A stretch of 64,000 bases of DNA from Tubiluchus corallicola (Eukaryota > Animalia > Priapulida), in contig JAQGDQ010000483.1 of assembly GCA_030141605.1 (NCBI GenBank), forward strand, positions 105,670-169,669, written 5' to 3'. This document shows, piece by piece, positions 1-14,930 of this stretch (within the stretch, counting starts at the first letter, position 1; every line of letters starts with the position of its first letter). The notes below the pieces were generated by a model. That model had not been told where the DNA came from, did not search any database, and saw only the letters and a program-made list of their open reading frames with translations. Both the position numbers and the translations under genes were made by a program.

Positions 1-80
1 TATAACTGTGGTGACTTAAACGCGTTTTCAGAAAGTTTTTTAATGTAAAATATCGTCTGCGTGCATGAGATGACTTAAAC

Positions 81-294
81 ATGTTTTTCGATGACATTTT
101 TCTGGCCGGATCCGTTGAGGACCCGTTTGGGGCGTGTCTGATGAGCAGACTGCATGGGTATAGTTACCCTTGTATGACTCGTCCAAAGAGCTTTTACGAA
201 AATGTCGATGATGACGACGATGGCGATTTTGTGCTTATTGAGTTGCCAAGTATCGATGAGGTGATTGATGACTACAACTGCTATAACGGGACGG
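81..294 (+). CDS. Candidate alternative first coding exon of the RasGAP gene (71 codons + 1 nt)
   Basis: ATG at 81 with an in-frame upstream stop (TGA 66-68). Acidic open frame MFFDDIFL...DDDDDGD...YNGT. Donor GTATGT at 295 in phase 1; its terminal G + AT of exon 15948 gives Asp, in frame with the rest of the gene. No homology recognised for this peptide. Confidence 0.45.
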
Positions 295-364
295 GTATGT
301 GGCTAATGACCTTCTTTTACTGTGCTCTGACTTCTAAGTAACTTCTAGAGTCAGCTATCTGGGA

Positions 365-955
365 AAATTTCTGACAGCAGATATGCAACAATGGCTTCTG
401 ACGTCAGATATGAAGCACTAATTTCTGACGTCATGTATAAAGCACTGATTTCTGGCGTCAGATATGAAGCATTAATAGTGACATCAGATGTGCAGCAATG
501 GTTTCTGACGTCAGATGTGATGCACTAATTTCTGACGTCATGTATAAGCACTAATTTCTGACGTCAGATATGAAGCACTAATTTCTAACGTCATATATGA
601 TGCATCAATTTCTGACGTCAGATATGAAGCACTAATTTATGGCGTCAAATGTCAAATACTAATTTTTTGCGGTACATATTAAGCACTAATTTCTGATGTC
701 ATACATAAAGCACTAATTTCTTTCGTCATATACAAAACACTAATTACTGATGTCATACATAAAGCACTGATTTTTGGCGTCATAATTATATAAAGCACTA
801 ATTTCTGACAGCAGATATGCAACAATGACTTCTGACGTCAGATATGAAGCACTAATTTCTGATGTCATATGTGATACACTAATTTCTGACGTCATGTATA
901 AAGCACTGATTTCTGGCGTCAGATATGAAGCATTAATTGTGACATCAGATGTGCA
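365..955. repeat. ~27-bp minisatellite, ~21-22 degenerate units, consensus AAGCACTAATTTCTGACGTCAGATATG
   Basis: Directly visible tandem units with a palindromic core TCTGACGTCAGA. Block ~368-494 recurs at ~801-954 (higher-order duplication). Confidence 0.93.
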
Positions 956-3900
956 ATTAATAAAATAATGTGCAGGAGTCTTGACGAAATAAGATGAAAT
1001 TGCCTTCCTGGTTATTCTTGTTTAATACAAACGCATGCTAGGAAACCACAGTTTGACTTGTCGATTTTTTTATTAGAAACATTATTGGGGCTTTAATTAG
1101 ATACGCTGGTTAACTACCCGATTTTCGACTACCTCAAGCGCCTTTTTCATACGTCTTACGCAAATGCTGATTGCGTGCCTATACGTAGCGTATTAAACTC
1201 TCAAGGGTGGACAAAAAGTAGTTATTTCCTACGCTGCGGATTAACAGATTTTCCTAAACGAGCCAGCGCGTCACTTAGGTCATTGACTTCTGTTCTTTTT
1301 TTGTTTTTGTGCGTCGGATTTCCGGGTTTTATCGATTTGTACTCGTTAGTGCAGCTGTTGTCCGGTGTGAATCAAAGTAAAAAAGGCAAAACTCGTGTTC
1401 TCACTGTTCACTACAGAAAAAAGAAAGTGTGGAGATGTTATGAAGAAAATAAGGAAAATAATTTGCTTTAAATAAATGCGAAGAGAATCTTTTATAGTGC
1501 TCACTGGCATCGTGACGTTTGCGCATGCGCCTTACGCCTGCTGATTAAAAAAACTTCAATGACTAACCCACTGAAATATTTCGTTTTACGTTGCTTTTCT
1601 CGCCTGACTGCAGTCATTATTTTCTCTGTTTATCGAGTCATTGTTAAAAGCTAACAAAACCTTGAGTTTAACAGCTCAGCCCCGAGGGTCTTCGTACAAA
1701 AATGGCTTTTAAACCTTTTAACGTTTCTCTGTTATCTGTTGTGTTTCTAACTGATCCCTAAACTGCTTAGCAATGAGTCAAGTACTCTACCGGGCCAAGT
1801 TTGTGTGTAAACCTTTGCAGTTTATTTTTATTTGAACGCTCTTCAAATGTTATGTGAGGAAAACGGGCTCAGTCAAGCCATTAAAATACGAATTATGGCG
1901 CGCTTTGGTGCATTTTGGTGTAAAACAATTTGGAGGGCAAATTAGGCAATGTTGTCTTACAACAGGGTAAATTATGCTCTGTCCTTAAATATTGTTTTAA
2001 TTTTACTCGTAAGTGTGCCGTGCTCACATTATATTTTGTAAGCGCCGCCTACATTCTATTCAGAAATTTCAGGAGAAGTTGTTTTGTTTAAACTTTCAGC
2101 TCGAACACTATATTAAATTGTAATATTGATATTCATATAATACGTACTCAGAATTAAAACAATAATTGAAGCTCTGACGCAACGGATTCTGATTGGCTAC
2201 GTAATCTGTCTCGTCTGAATTCAACCTAAACGTTTTTGGAGCAACGACAACATTCTTGGAGATGGGGATTTTCAGTCTTTCAAATGAGAAAATTGTGTCA
2301 TGCAGTCTTAATCTTTGACTCCATTCAACGGAAATTTGGTTTTAACATCTACTTCAAACTTCTCTGAAGTTGATGTTGGACTTTGAAGTATTTAAAAGTC
2401 TACCATCCACTTACCGGTCCACTGTAGTAGGTTCAAGTATTGTTACTTGTTCAAATAAATGTTAAAAACTGAAACCATTTTGGGGGGCGAATGGCGTGTT
2501 TAACAAGTACGTTTGCTGTATTTGATAGGTTTAAGGTGTTGATAAATGTTGATAAGTATTGATAGGTTAAGATGTTCTGGGGGTAGAAACGTCAGCTGCA
2601 CAGTGAGTAGAGAAGTCAACTCCAGAGTGTATAAGGTCATTGTCATGCAGTCTGATGCAGAAAGGGATGGGTTTACTGCTACCCATGTGCATCAAGCGCA
2701 AAAAACAATCTTGATAGTTCAGCGCAAATATTTACATTGGTTACACTTTTTGCACTTCACAAACCAGCACCAATGGCATTTGCATGACGTCATCCCTGTG
2801 TTGGTTGACGAATGATGATCCTTTAAGGTCTGATGTAGTGTCTTGCAGTAGGTCAGTGCGAGAAGGCTGCTATGGTTCTAACTGTGACGTTGTTGTACTG
2901 CAAAAGTTCATGTATGTGTAGGTTAACAGTGATTACTAGAAAACGTTCTGAAATTGATGGGTACATATACGCTGATGACATGGTCCTGTTAGCTCTACCG
3001 GCAGCAGCAACAGACCCATCTTTGTTTCTGAATAACTGTGATAACCCGGCTCAGTTTAACCACACTGCCCGTGAAATAACACGTACCTGATTCATTTTTA
3101 TTATAGCCTGCGATTCGTACGAGCCTTAACACGGTACTGCAAATAATCTTGTTTCGAAACGTCGAGTTTTATTAGGACTGGTTTTACCTGCTTATTACGG
3201 CGGTTTGGTGGAGGTGTCTCCTCTCGCCACTGTCTCATTTGCTTTGGTGTTGATGGTTATTATTGTTTCTTCATGTAGCTGTGTTCACCTGTCATCTACT
3301 TCCGCTGAGACAGGGGTCACAGATGTGAACTTGAGTGACGTCGGGTTGTACAAGCTGGGACACACTCGTCTAGCAAGCTGATACCATTCTTTCTCTGTTT
3401 AAGGCACAGTCTGTGGCATTTTACTTGAGCATTGTTCCTGCACGGAGTCTGTACTTTATTCTTGGAACTGGATCGAGTGGTGATGAATAAAACTGTTTTG
3501 TTTTAAATTTTGGCTTCGACGCTTTTGGATGCTAATTACAGTTTGAAGCTGAAAGCTAGAAATCATCCATTGGTAATGACAGATAATGGTTTTCTGGGTT
3601 CTCGTTAGTTTTGCGTAAGAGATTTGTTGTTTTCAAAGCATTTACAATTGTGAGCCACTGTGTGAAGCATATAAAGCATATAAACATATAAAGTTGGTGG
3701 AGACGTTGGCACTTTTTGTAATGGTGGTGACTGCAAGACGGTGACAATGTGGTGTTGAAATACACGAAACCGTTTGTGGCTGATAGTTTGAGTCTTCAAA
3801 ACATTGAGTCAAAACGTTTCAGTCTTCAAGCTTTTTTACCTGTACCAGTACTCTGGTTTGTTGCCTCTGACAGCAGTCAGTGACGGCATTAACGGTTCCT

Positions 3901-6900
3901 GTTGCTGACGGTGGTGCCAGAGAAAAAATTATTTTTGGATACCTATTAACATCAAGTGGGCTTAGCTGGACAAGTTTCTTACATTCAAAATTCAAGCGTT
4001 CAATGCACTGCATCTGAGCGGTATTGACTATCCTTGGTTATGGGGTAATGAATGGAACCTACGACTGCAGTAACGTAACACTTTGCTGTGGCCTGGTGAA
4101 GCTTTTTAACTACAAACCTGTATAATTCAAGCGCCATTCCTTTGTCATCTTAAGCGCTCACTTTAGCAAAGGCGCTGACATAGCTTGGTGACAATAATGA
4201 CGGGCACACTAGTAAAGACGAAGCGGCGAAAGCGACCAAAATTGAAGCAGCTGATACCCATTGTATGCAATACAATATGGACGACAAGAAAGATTGTCAT
4301 TGCCAGTTTTGGTAAGAAGAAATACGTAGTGAATACTGCAGATTCAATCAAAGGTATATAGTATATACTTTTACGTATTCAATCCTTGTGGTGCAATTGT
4401 ACAATTGATGTTTAGTCCTTTTGATGCCATCATCATGATATTGCGTATTGTTCCTTACCATGTATATGTGATTCTATCCGCCTATTGATTTAACATGAGA
4501 ATGGAATGGGTCTTACGGGGAGTGTCTATGTAACAGAGGCAACACTTTTGAAACTGCAAATTTCAAATACTTCATGTAGAATACACTTGCATTATATTAT
4601 TGCATGTGTTGGGCTATTGATCTTTCAAAAGGAACTTTGCATCTGACTCGCATTTGCATTTGAATGGCAACAGCGACGACGATGATGCTGATGACATTGA
4701 TGGCAACAGCGGCGGATTGTCCCTATTATATTTCTTATCGAAAATAATACGAAGATTAACTAAATATTTCACGATATTTAATTAAAATCTTCTAATTAGC
4801 AAAGCCATAATACTACGTGCTTCGCATTCCACCGCTTCACGGAGAAAGCGGTTAATGATTTTCTCCTGTTCTTGTAAACTATTAACCTCCCACGTTCAAA
4901 CATTCCTGCACTAAGACGCTAACTTCTACAGCTAGAGTTAAATTAATTTATGCTCCTGTTAATTACTGAAATATTCTTTTCACTGTTGTAAATTCTGTTA
5001 TAGCCTTATTTGAGGGCAATGGTGTTCACTTGCAGGCGACATGTAGTATTTTATACTCAGAACTTTTGTACTTTGAAACACAAGAAAACCTTCCACTTAC
5101 TCAAAGCTTTAAAAATTCGTTTTGAAATTTTGTCACTTACATACTGCGTTTTTACATACAGTGATTATACAGCAGCAACACTGTATAAAACTTGTGAGTT
5201 TAAACTCTCGCGATTACCGTTAGACGCAGCCAATTTGACCACAGGTCAAATGAAACGAGTTTAGGTAACTCGATTGACCATTTGAAACGAGCTTAGATAA
5301 CGTTGTGTAAACTTTGAAAAAATAATCAGAGCATTCGTAGCGCACACGCCACTAATTGAGTAAAATTTTAAATTACTGTATCTTGTGGATAAGATTAAAA
5401 ATTTGTTTTTGGTTTGTGAGTGGTGCACCCTGGAGGGTGAGTCAACTACAATTTAACAATTCGTGAAAGCGTTTTAAGGAATTAGTCATTTCTTTTCTAG
5501 TTACGTAAGTCTTTCAACCAGGTAAGCGAAATGCTAAGTAACATAACTTTGCATGGAAAGTTTTTTAGGAAATGTTTTAACATTGCCTTTTCTTCCTCTG
5601 ATTTACGCTTGCGTAGGTGACGTCATGTAATGGCGACTTCGGAACTCCGGTATTGCGGGAGATTTAAAATGAAAACAAACGAAAATTCTTTTTAGCGCGA
5701 GCGAGGCTATTTTTCCGAAACCTACTTCTGGTACCCAGAGGGGGGTGTTAAAGAAAGTGTTATTCGCAATTAACTTTATGATAGCGAATTCAACACGTCA
5801 ACATATTCAGAAAGCGAAAAGACCCGTGAGTCTGACACTTAATGAAAATAGATATTGTAGTTTATTGACGAACGGCACAAAACAATATACAATGCAATGT
5901 ACATAAAAAATCACACACTTGGGTATAATGGACCACTCGTTAAGTTCCAAATGAGTGTAGGGTTTGAGCGGTCAACTTTCCTCATCGAGTAAGTTTCTCT
6001 AAGGCGCCCTTTATCGAACTTGGCCATTTAAATCCCCCAGAATACAACAGTAATTACAGTAAAACCTATAAGGTGTGCTCTGCACGGATTACTCAAAGCT
6101 AATCATCGTGCAAAAAAGAAATAGAAAACTGTGACTACAACTGTATTTCATCCGTGGTTTGGTTACAACAGTGTGACCACTAATGGTCATCGTGGACTGT
6201 GACGGTAACGTTAGTGTGGATTGCGGGTTTAGTGTTATAATACAACATAGAAAATGGACCGTGCATCATTTTATTAATTTGTCGGTTGAATCTAGCGTTT
6301 GTTTAAATATGCAAATTCATATGTTAAAGCAGCATAATCCAGCGAATAAAACGCTTACAACGCAAACATACGCCATTACGTATAGTTTATGGTTTGCAAA
6401 TATTGTTCTTATTAACAAAAATAATCTGAGAGCACGTAGCTATGTACGTTCAGGATTGCTTTGCTGTTTTTCTGAGGTTTTGTTAGCTCACTGACTTCGA
6501 GGGAATATGGTGAAAAGATCTGGGAAAGCGCTTATAAGTTTCTCCAATGAGTTGCGGGGTTCGAATCTGACAATGTGCCAAAAACAAGAATTTTTAGCCT
6601 GATGTTTTTGCTTCCACGAGTAAGTAATTTCATTCGAAAATGGAAAGAAAAGCCTAAAAATAGCTACTCGTCCAATTGTTACGCAATCTTCCAGGAAAAA
6701 TTCACCAGGTACAGGTCCTATGTTTGCATACATTGTTTACTCCCACACGCACGCGCACTCTCACTCACGTCTTACCACATACAAGTTCACATCTCACGCG
6801 CAGGCGCAGACGTAAGAAAATAAAAACCAAGTATAGCGCTTAAATTTAAAACGAAACTCGAACGGCTGAACTGCTGTGAATTCTGAATTTAGGCCAAGCG

Positions 6901-9221
6901 AAAGTGGCTCCCCCACTGAAAACAAGTTTGCAGATCAGTATCAGTTTTAATACGAATTATTAATCTGACTGGAATAGAAGTAGCTTATTTCCCAGGTACC
7001 AGACCCGCAGGGGGTTCTCTCTGCTCAGAGGTCAAGACATGGAAGATTCTATTGCCAGGTCAGATTGCTGTGATTTAAACTTGTACCGCTTGATAATCTT
7101 GAAGGATTAAAAGCCGATAATCTCTAGGGATTAGCACCTGTCTGAGTTTACATTGTTACACATAGTGTAGCAATGCCTGTACTCTGAAATAACAAACATT
7201 AAAGAATAATTTTAGTGAGAAGGTAAATAAAAAATAGAAAATAAAAATGCCAATGACAATCGAAAGAAAGAATTTCTCGTTTTCTGCTTCTTAAACAAAC
7301 TTTCTTGCTGTCGCGGTTTGCCTTTCTCATTTTGTCACTGACACGGTCGTTTTGACTCTTTCGGGTATTAACTGCGTCCCTTAGTTTAAAGAGAATCTAC
7401 CACAGGAAATGAGCTATGAAGTTAGCGTCGTTTCCTCGCTTGGTTCCGCTAGCAAGACATTTAAATAAAAGCGGATTAGAGCTTGTTATTAATGTGGCGT
7501 CTATCGGATCATTATAAGCTCTTATTTTTGCTGGGTTATAAGGCCAAATTTAGGGATATGCAGAGAAATCCTCTGGCACTAATTATTATTAACTGAAAAT
7601 ATTTAGCCTCTCTTAGTTCTTCGTGTGGAAGAATTAAAGAAATTCTTTATGCTTTAATAATCAGGGTACCCTGTGTTCTAATTGCACAGTGTACCTAATG
7701 AGCTGATTAGCCGAGTTAACTTAATTATTCGCTCTGTTTAGCATTTCCCGCCCTTTTTGCTTTGAATCAGGGCAATCAGTAACGATGTTTTTTTTTCATT
7801 TTAAAAACTACAAGTAGCTATGTTTTCTTAGAACTAATGTTTGGTAACAGAATAGTAGAAATAAATTGAGGGCTATATAGCGTATCTTTAACGTAAGCTT
7901 ATTGTGCCTGAACAGAAAATAAGCGATCCTGTTTAATTTTATGATGAAGAGAAAAATTTAAATAAATTGTGAGCAATACGGCATATCTTTGGTCATCTTC
8001 TCCTGTGCATTAACTATATTTTGTCAAAAGTCTATTGTGTGATAAGAAAGGAAACGCACAATTCTGTCAATTTCGTTAGTAAAAATGCTCTTTTTCTTCT
8101 CCCATACAATGTGATGTACAATAATAACAGGGATCATTTGCCAAATTAAATTCAATTGCACGTGTGCAATCGTCGCTGAATTAGCTCGGTGCGTCTTTGT
8201 TCGTGAAAAATCGCTATCCCGTTAGTAATCCTGGATCGGGAAGCGGTCATGCGGGTATCAGCCAGGGCTGATCTTAGAAAATGCAAAACGAGAATTTAGA
8301 TCGCAGTGGTTATCTGATCCGAGTTTGAAGAGGGCGCAGTGTTTCGAAGATGGTTACCCTTCGTGGTTCCGCCCCCAGCATCGCAGGATATACATTGTTA
8401 AAAGAACTCTTCAATGAGATGTATATTGTATGAAAGATAATGGTTTTACTAGCATAAGTGGATAATGCGACCTCAGTATTTGATAAATTAAGTAAAACGA
8501 AGTGAAAGTGATCAGTGCTTGGCTTACTTTGGTGGAGATTTGTCGTTTTCGTTGTCGTTGTCCAAAGTGTCAGTGGCGAGAACAGTGCAATGTTTTCATG
8601 GTGTGAGTTTTGTTCTTACTCATATGTGTGTGAAAGTGTGTAAAGCTAGATACAGACAAGATTTAGAGTTGAGGTACCCTTACTGACATGTCCCAGTATG
8701 GTTTCTGGACATGTTCTTGTGTTAATGCAAGTTTCAGTTGTTGCATTGATGAGGTTAACCAGATATCAAAGCGAATGCCGTCAAATGTTATCTAAAATTT
8801 GAAACCTTAAAACTTTTACTAGGTTTGGTTCACTAGCTAATTAATCTTTTAGATTACCTTGCACCATGGGCGAATACCAATAAAATTCGCAATCTCAAAA
8901 ACAATATCTTGGTTGGAGCAACAGACATTGAGGCTTTAGGAAAAGTCTGTGGCTTGTCAAACCCTAACATCTAACCTCTAAGAGCAATGCATATACTGAC
9001 GTATGCAGATTTACCGCAAAGGAGGTTTAGGAATGCAACTCTAAATTGCAGGGAAGGTGGTTCCTGGGTCATAGAGGCTGACAGGAGTGCTTGAGTTGCC
9101 AGATGATTGTACAATGTGTATAATGCTATCCACACATGCGCAGAGAAAATTGGTAGCGTGCATCGAACAATACTTCTAGTATCGAATGTAGTTTCTGTAT
9201 TGTGTAACAAGGCGCCCATTG

Positions 9222-9307
9222 TTCTCTCTCTCCCTCTCCCTCTCCCCTCTCTCCCTCTCTCTCTCTCCTCCCTCTTCTCTCTCTCTCCTTCCCCCCTCTC
9301 TCTCTCC
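9222..9307. repeat. (CT/CCT)-rich polypyrimidine microsatellite
   Basis: ~85 bp composed only of C and T. Confidence 0.9.
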
Positions 9308-12300
9308 TTAGCTTCTAAAATTTAGCGTCCTCTACTGTGTAGTATCATACATTCAACCTCTCTATTTTTCTCGTACTCACATCCTAAGGGCAGCATTCTT
9401 ACTTATGGATTTTCCTAGTGTGCGTTTTTTCCTCGCAGCTTCTTTATTAAGAGTCATTGCTCTCCATCTGCACACTAATGAGTGTCGCTTATATAGAATA
9501 TGTTTATTCGTCTATGGTAGAATTCATTGGTGACGTTTCGTCTGGCTTCATGTGCATGCTGTACATTGCAGGGCGCTGTAATTAATCACTCTTACTGGGC
9601 TTCAGTGAGTACCCAATATTGAATATAGGCCTATATAGAGTTGTCTGGCGAGTGGGGGCGGTGGAATGTATTTCAAAATGGCTTCCTACATTTGCTTGTC
9701 CTGCATTCATTTTTATGCAGCCATTGTTACGGTATATAGCATGCGTAAGCCTTTACATTTACATAAGTTATTTTGTAATGTCTTATAGGTTATAGCTTCC
9801 CGTTTTTATGTTTTTGTGAAATGTTCCTGCTGCTAGCGTTTAATGGAAAGCTTTCTAAGATCATTTCTCGCCCATTCGTCTGAATCCTCTTCTTTTACAA
9901 ACCCACCAGGCACCCGCCTGTTTCACGCGTTATTGATTTAGGGTCGTGTCACATCGATTTATTGATAATGTACGCTTGAAGGTGTTACTGCACAGGGTAT
10001 TAAATCAATAATCTTTGTTTATGCAGATAAGTAAGACTGGCTGAAACCATTTATGTAGGATGAGAATGCTGCATATTATATAAGTGGAATCAACCATTTC
10101 GTCGTTTTTCACAAGAACTGCTTTTATTTGAACATCATTAGGGGTGAATCATTGCTTATGCATTAAGCTAGTAAATAGATTAGAAAAAATTCAGTTATAT
10201 GGATTTTGAATATCACCTCTTATTTTTCAGAACATCCTATCTGAGAAAAGCAGCTTTCTCTCCCGATTTCACTTATTTGCAAGTTTATAATTTAAAGAGT
10301 GCTAACACGCTATCAACTCTTGCCGTCAAACTACTGGCGTGTAGTGAAAGAAGTCATACGCGCCACGCGCAAACGCGGTTGATAAACATACCAAACTTTT
10401 TTTTAAATTTGGTAGAACTATAAAGATTAGCAATTGTGGCAGGCTGAACGCGTTTGAGGAAAGGCGTGGAGTGACAAATCACCAACTGAAATCGTTCTGG
10501 AAGGAAAATGTTGTCGACAATTTTTCTGTGATGAGCACTTATGTTTATTTGAGCGAGCTAATTATTAGTTAGATGTAAAAATGTAATAAACCATCAAATA
10601 CTCTAGTCCTGGCTCTGATAAAGTAGTTTTTCTTCTCACAATATCAGTGCGCAGTTGGACTGAAATTCTTTCCCGCCTTTGGAGTAGTTAGTCCCTCGTA
10701 ACAATGGCATCTCCTGTAGTTAATTGGCTGATTGACTCCTCCTACACCTGTCCGAGTACCTATTTACTCATTAAACGTCTTTGTTCCAGGTGTTTTTGTT
10801 TTCATCCTCAACTTCCTGGTCACCATTGAAACCCTCTGATGCGGAAACCATTGCAGTTATGTGACTTATAATTAGCTCTTACTCACTGTTTATCTAGTTC
10901 ACACTTGAAAATATTCTGAATTTATTGACAGCGATAGCTGGGACCGTGAATTTCTGTAACAAAAAGAATTAGGCTGTGCGCTTTCTTTATTGTAATGGTG
11001 GATGTGATGGTGGATCGAATACTGTCGTAGGCACTTTTTCTCTTTTTTACCGTAATAGCTTTGAGTAATCCTTGCAGAACGGACTGTGTAGGTGTTACTG
11101 TTATTACTGTTGTATTTTGTGGGATCTAAATGGGCAAGTTCGGTAAAGGGGCGCTTTAGGGAAACTTGCTCAGTAGATTAGGTAGGTATGGCCGCCCAAT
11201 CCCTGCACACTTGGAATTTAACGACTGGTCCGTTTGACTTTGACGAGTTTATTTTCGTAAGTAAAAATAAAAATCTTTTTAGCAGAAGTAAACGTGGCCT
11301 ACCCTTATTTAACCTACCTATTGTTTGACACCTCCTCATTGATAGTAATGGTTTAGGTGTTAAATCCTATTTAAAGTCACATTGCTGTCTAAAGAAGAGC
11401 TTAGTCTTGTAATCATGAGTCATGAGCTAATGTGCTAGAGAAACAGATACTGCTAATTAACAAAAAAGAACCTCTTGTGGGCAACGCGTGGGGTCTCCCT
11501 CTTTTGTTTATTGCAGCAGTTCCATTTACGAGTTAGTTTATCCCCCTTAATGTCCGTCAGAGAGACAATAGAAAGTGACACTCTGATGACAGTTCATACT
11601 GCCCAAACCTCCTCCCGTTGCTATGGTGATGGAATCCTGGCGTAATTACCCATATCCAGAGTGTAACGTGAATGAAATGGCCTGACTAAAGAAGTGAGAA
11701 GTCAAGCTAGGTGAGGTCACTGTGGTCAGCTAATGTCCAGTGGGAGGTGATAATGCAGCTGCTCTGCCACTTATCCTTTCATGTAACATTGTTAATTGTG
11801 AAGTGAGATTCCAAGAGAAGGACGTACTAATGTAAGTACAGTTGTTGTTGTTTTCGAATTGATTCACGTGATAACTTATCGGATGTGACGGTAAGAGAAG
11901 TTCCAGGGTTGCCTTACGAGAAATCATTTTGTGTCACCTGATTGCAGTTGATCAAGAGTTGTGTGTGACTCGTGTTTTCGGGCTATAGAGCTTTCTGGGC
12001 TAGGAGTATTTCTACTTAAGATCTATACAACTACCAAAAATACAACGTAAGTAAAATCAAGGTAGTTTGCATCATTCAAAACACTCCGAGGTCACATTAG
12101 AGTGAAATATTCGTTTCTAAAACATTTTTGCTCTTTATACGTGTTAGAGAACTTGAAAACCATTACTAAGCAGCTAGAGTTTTTTCTCTATTTAATAGTA
12201 CATCATAAACTCTGTATTGTGGTACAAACAAGGTATTATGGGAGTTCATATAAAAGTTTATAAATCTGTAGCTTTGTTAGTAGTGCATGTAGTATTCACT

Positions 12301-14609
12301 TATTCTGTAGTTTTTAGTATAAATTTTTAACTTTTTTATGACATCTTCTATGTGCAGAAACAATCTTTACAGCAAAACCGGACCCAATCCTGAACTATAG
12401 GTCAAAGCAATCTACTCTTTAAAATATTGAAAGACAACACACTATTTTTTAAAAATGGCTTACGTGAAAGAATTATTACCGCACAAACACAATTTCGTGT
12501 TAGCGCCACTAGTTCTTCGCTGTTACATGCATTTCGCTATTCGCTAGTAGACGGGCACTAGCGCCTGCATTTCGGAAACTCGTTATGCAAAAACAGATAC
12601 TGTACCTCTCAGTTCAGATGTATTAGTTTCTGACGAACTACACACGTTCAACAGCTCATGCGCGAGCACAGCAGTAAATTTAAAATTTGAATTTTTATCT
12701 TAAAAGATACACGGTTTTAGTATAGCACACTGAACATCTTACAGCAACACTGTACTGCAATTTTCGCAAGCACGTGCAACACGTTCGTAGATTATTTTTG
12801 CTGTTGAAAATTGTTAGTTTGTGATGTTATCAATAGTTAGGCCCCACCTAATCTATTATTTGATTATCAGAAACCCTTTTGCATTATTAATCGTGCTAAA
12901 ATATATACTTTTTATCGGACTTGAAAATGTGGTAGTATATGAAAAATCATCCTGTCTTCCTTTAAATAAAAATGGGAGCAAGACAGGTGAAAAAAGTTGA
13001 ATTTAAAAAACTATGACTGCACATTTTAACTCGGGCTGTCACCGATTGTTTATCTAGTCGAGGGAAGGCGTGCAAGTATGTGAATGTGGCCAAGGAAAGT
13101 CTGTCGATCCAGTGCCTCATCTTACGACATCATCGTATATAATTAACTATCGAGTTCTGGTCATCGTGTATACATGTATACCAAAAAACATATTAATTTT
13201 TATGTAAATCAGTGCCTGGAAGAAACCTGTAGCACAAAGCTTATATGCAGTAATTTTATATCTATGTTTATTTCACATGTAAGTGTTTTGCCGATGTACA
13301 TTTTATGTATTTGTGCAAATGCATTGAATTGATCCAGAATAGTGACCTGTCGTTCGTCAAAAGGTTGGTTCCGGTATACAGAATGCCATAAGAATGAGTG
13401 AATGGCTCAATAGTATAAAAAGGAAATCTTTGCAAAAAATACCCCTATGTAATTCTTTTTAGGGAGACATTTAATTGTCTATAATTGTTACCGTTTCCTC
13501 ATCTATGTGAACAGAATGTCATTGACTTCGGTGTAACTTTGCCTTTAGCTTTTGCAGCATTTATTAATGATATGCACAATGTTTACATAAACGTTCTACC
13601 ACCGATTGTCAGCAGTCATGCACTATGCATATATTGGATGTTGAGCTTTTAATGAACTCACCTGTGCTGTTACCTGAGAGACGGGTTATACAGGTAGTCA
13701 ACGTGCACGTTCGGTGTGCACGGTAGCTCTGGACAGCAGAGTGAGTGTGGATTTCACGGAGAACTGATGAATTCACAATTCTGTGAATAATCTACTAAGT
13801 AAAAGAATTCTATGTGTATTTTATAATTTTCATAAAGCTCGTTCACTTGTTTGTAAGTACAGCTTTTCTACATACAGTGTCACTATGTAAATCATAAGTT
13901 AAATTGAATTTGTAGCTAACATTCTTTAAGGACTGTTATAACCAGTTAGATACAACCGGTAAAGTTGCGTGTGTGGAATTGTAAGCCTATAGAAAAAAGT
14001 CCTGCCTTGAACTGTAGTTTATGTACTGTATAATAATTTAGATTTTTTCTTTGAAAAACTGATAATAATTTAGTCTCTTGTAGTAACCTTAGTTGAACGT
14101 CGATTGATACATGTACAGCCATGTTACTCTTTTCGAAATTTACGAATTTTGTTAGACTGCGTAGTACAATTATTGTTAGCTTGTGTGAAGTTATCATATC
14201 TCATTGTTAGGACTAGTATTACCATATTTCAGTAATAAAGTGTTGCTTTGCATACACATGTGCTGTTACATATGCTTAATGGGTTTAATTGATTCACTCT
14301 TCAAATTTACCTACCTTTTAGTTGCTGCTAACATGGTCAGCATCAGTCTGATGTTTTGATAACTGGATAGCAAGTGAGAAAAAGTAATAACGCGGTTGGA
14401 GCATTCGGGTGAATTATTGATTTTTTCCCGGCTGCAGACTTGGAGTTCAAGTTAGATTAAAGTGCTGTTATATCTTTATTTGTTTCTGAAGAAGAACGTG
14501 GTCTTGATCTAGTATAAGCCCTGAACTTCTACTTCTTCGTATCCACTCAATGCCTAACCAATTGCATGTTCCAACGTTTAGTAGCAGTGGTGGGCAGACA
14601 AGGTTGTTG

Positions 14610-14930
14610 TGGTCACTGGTCAATCCTTCGATATTATTTACTTTATACTACTAAATTTACCAGTGATGGTCAGTCAATGTTTATGTGGTCAGTTTTATGA
14701 TATTATTTACTTCGTAGAATGTGATTTTTACGTATTTAATACTAAATTTAGTACCAGTAGTGATCAGTTAAGCTTTATGTGGGTAGTACTGTGATATTAT
14801 TTGCTTTGTACTCAGTGCGTTGCACTGATTTGCTACTAAAATTGGTACAAGTGATGGTCATTCAAGGTTCATGTGGTCAGTACTGTAATATTATTTGCTT
14901 TATACTCATGGTACAGATTTACTGCTACAT
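14610..14930. repeat. Degenerate tandem repeat, ~70-95 bp unit, ~3.5 copies
   Basis: Recurring TACTAAATTT..GTGATGGTCA..TATGTGGTCAG..GATATTATTT(A/G)CTTT motifs. Confidence 0.7.

Noticed and set aside
365-955. CRISPR-like array of palindromic ~27-bp repeats
   Set aside because: Units are head-to-tail with no unique spacers, there are no cas genes, and the context is eukaryotic; it is a minisatellite
5610-5660. Promoter-like cluster (TGACGTCA, AATGGCG, CGGAA)
   Set aside because: Short motifs only, with no linked exon identified; could equally be repeat-derived
8200-8420. GC-richer patch encoding RGSAPS as a possible RasGAP exon
   Set aside because: No suitable acceptor/donor pair, stops in the relevant frames, and the true ERRGSAP exon is at 15948
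13763-13792. Hammerhead ribozyme core (CTGATGA followed by hairpin ATTCACA/TGTGAAT)
   Set aside because: The required GAAA after stem II is absent and stems I and III are not evident; same for CTGATGA at ~11583
1175-14800. Many 60-100 aa ORFs in the first 15 kb
   Set aside because: No recognisable domains or consistent splice structure; expected by chance in intronic DNA
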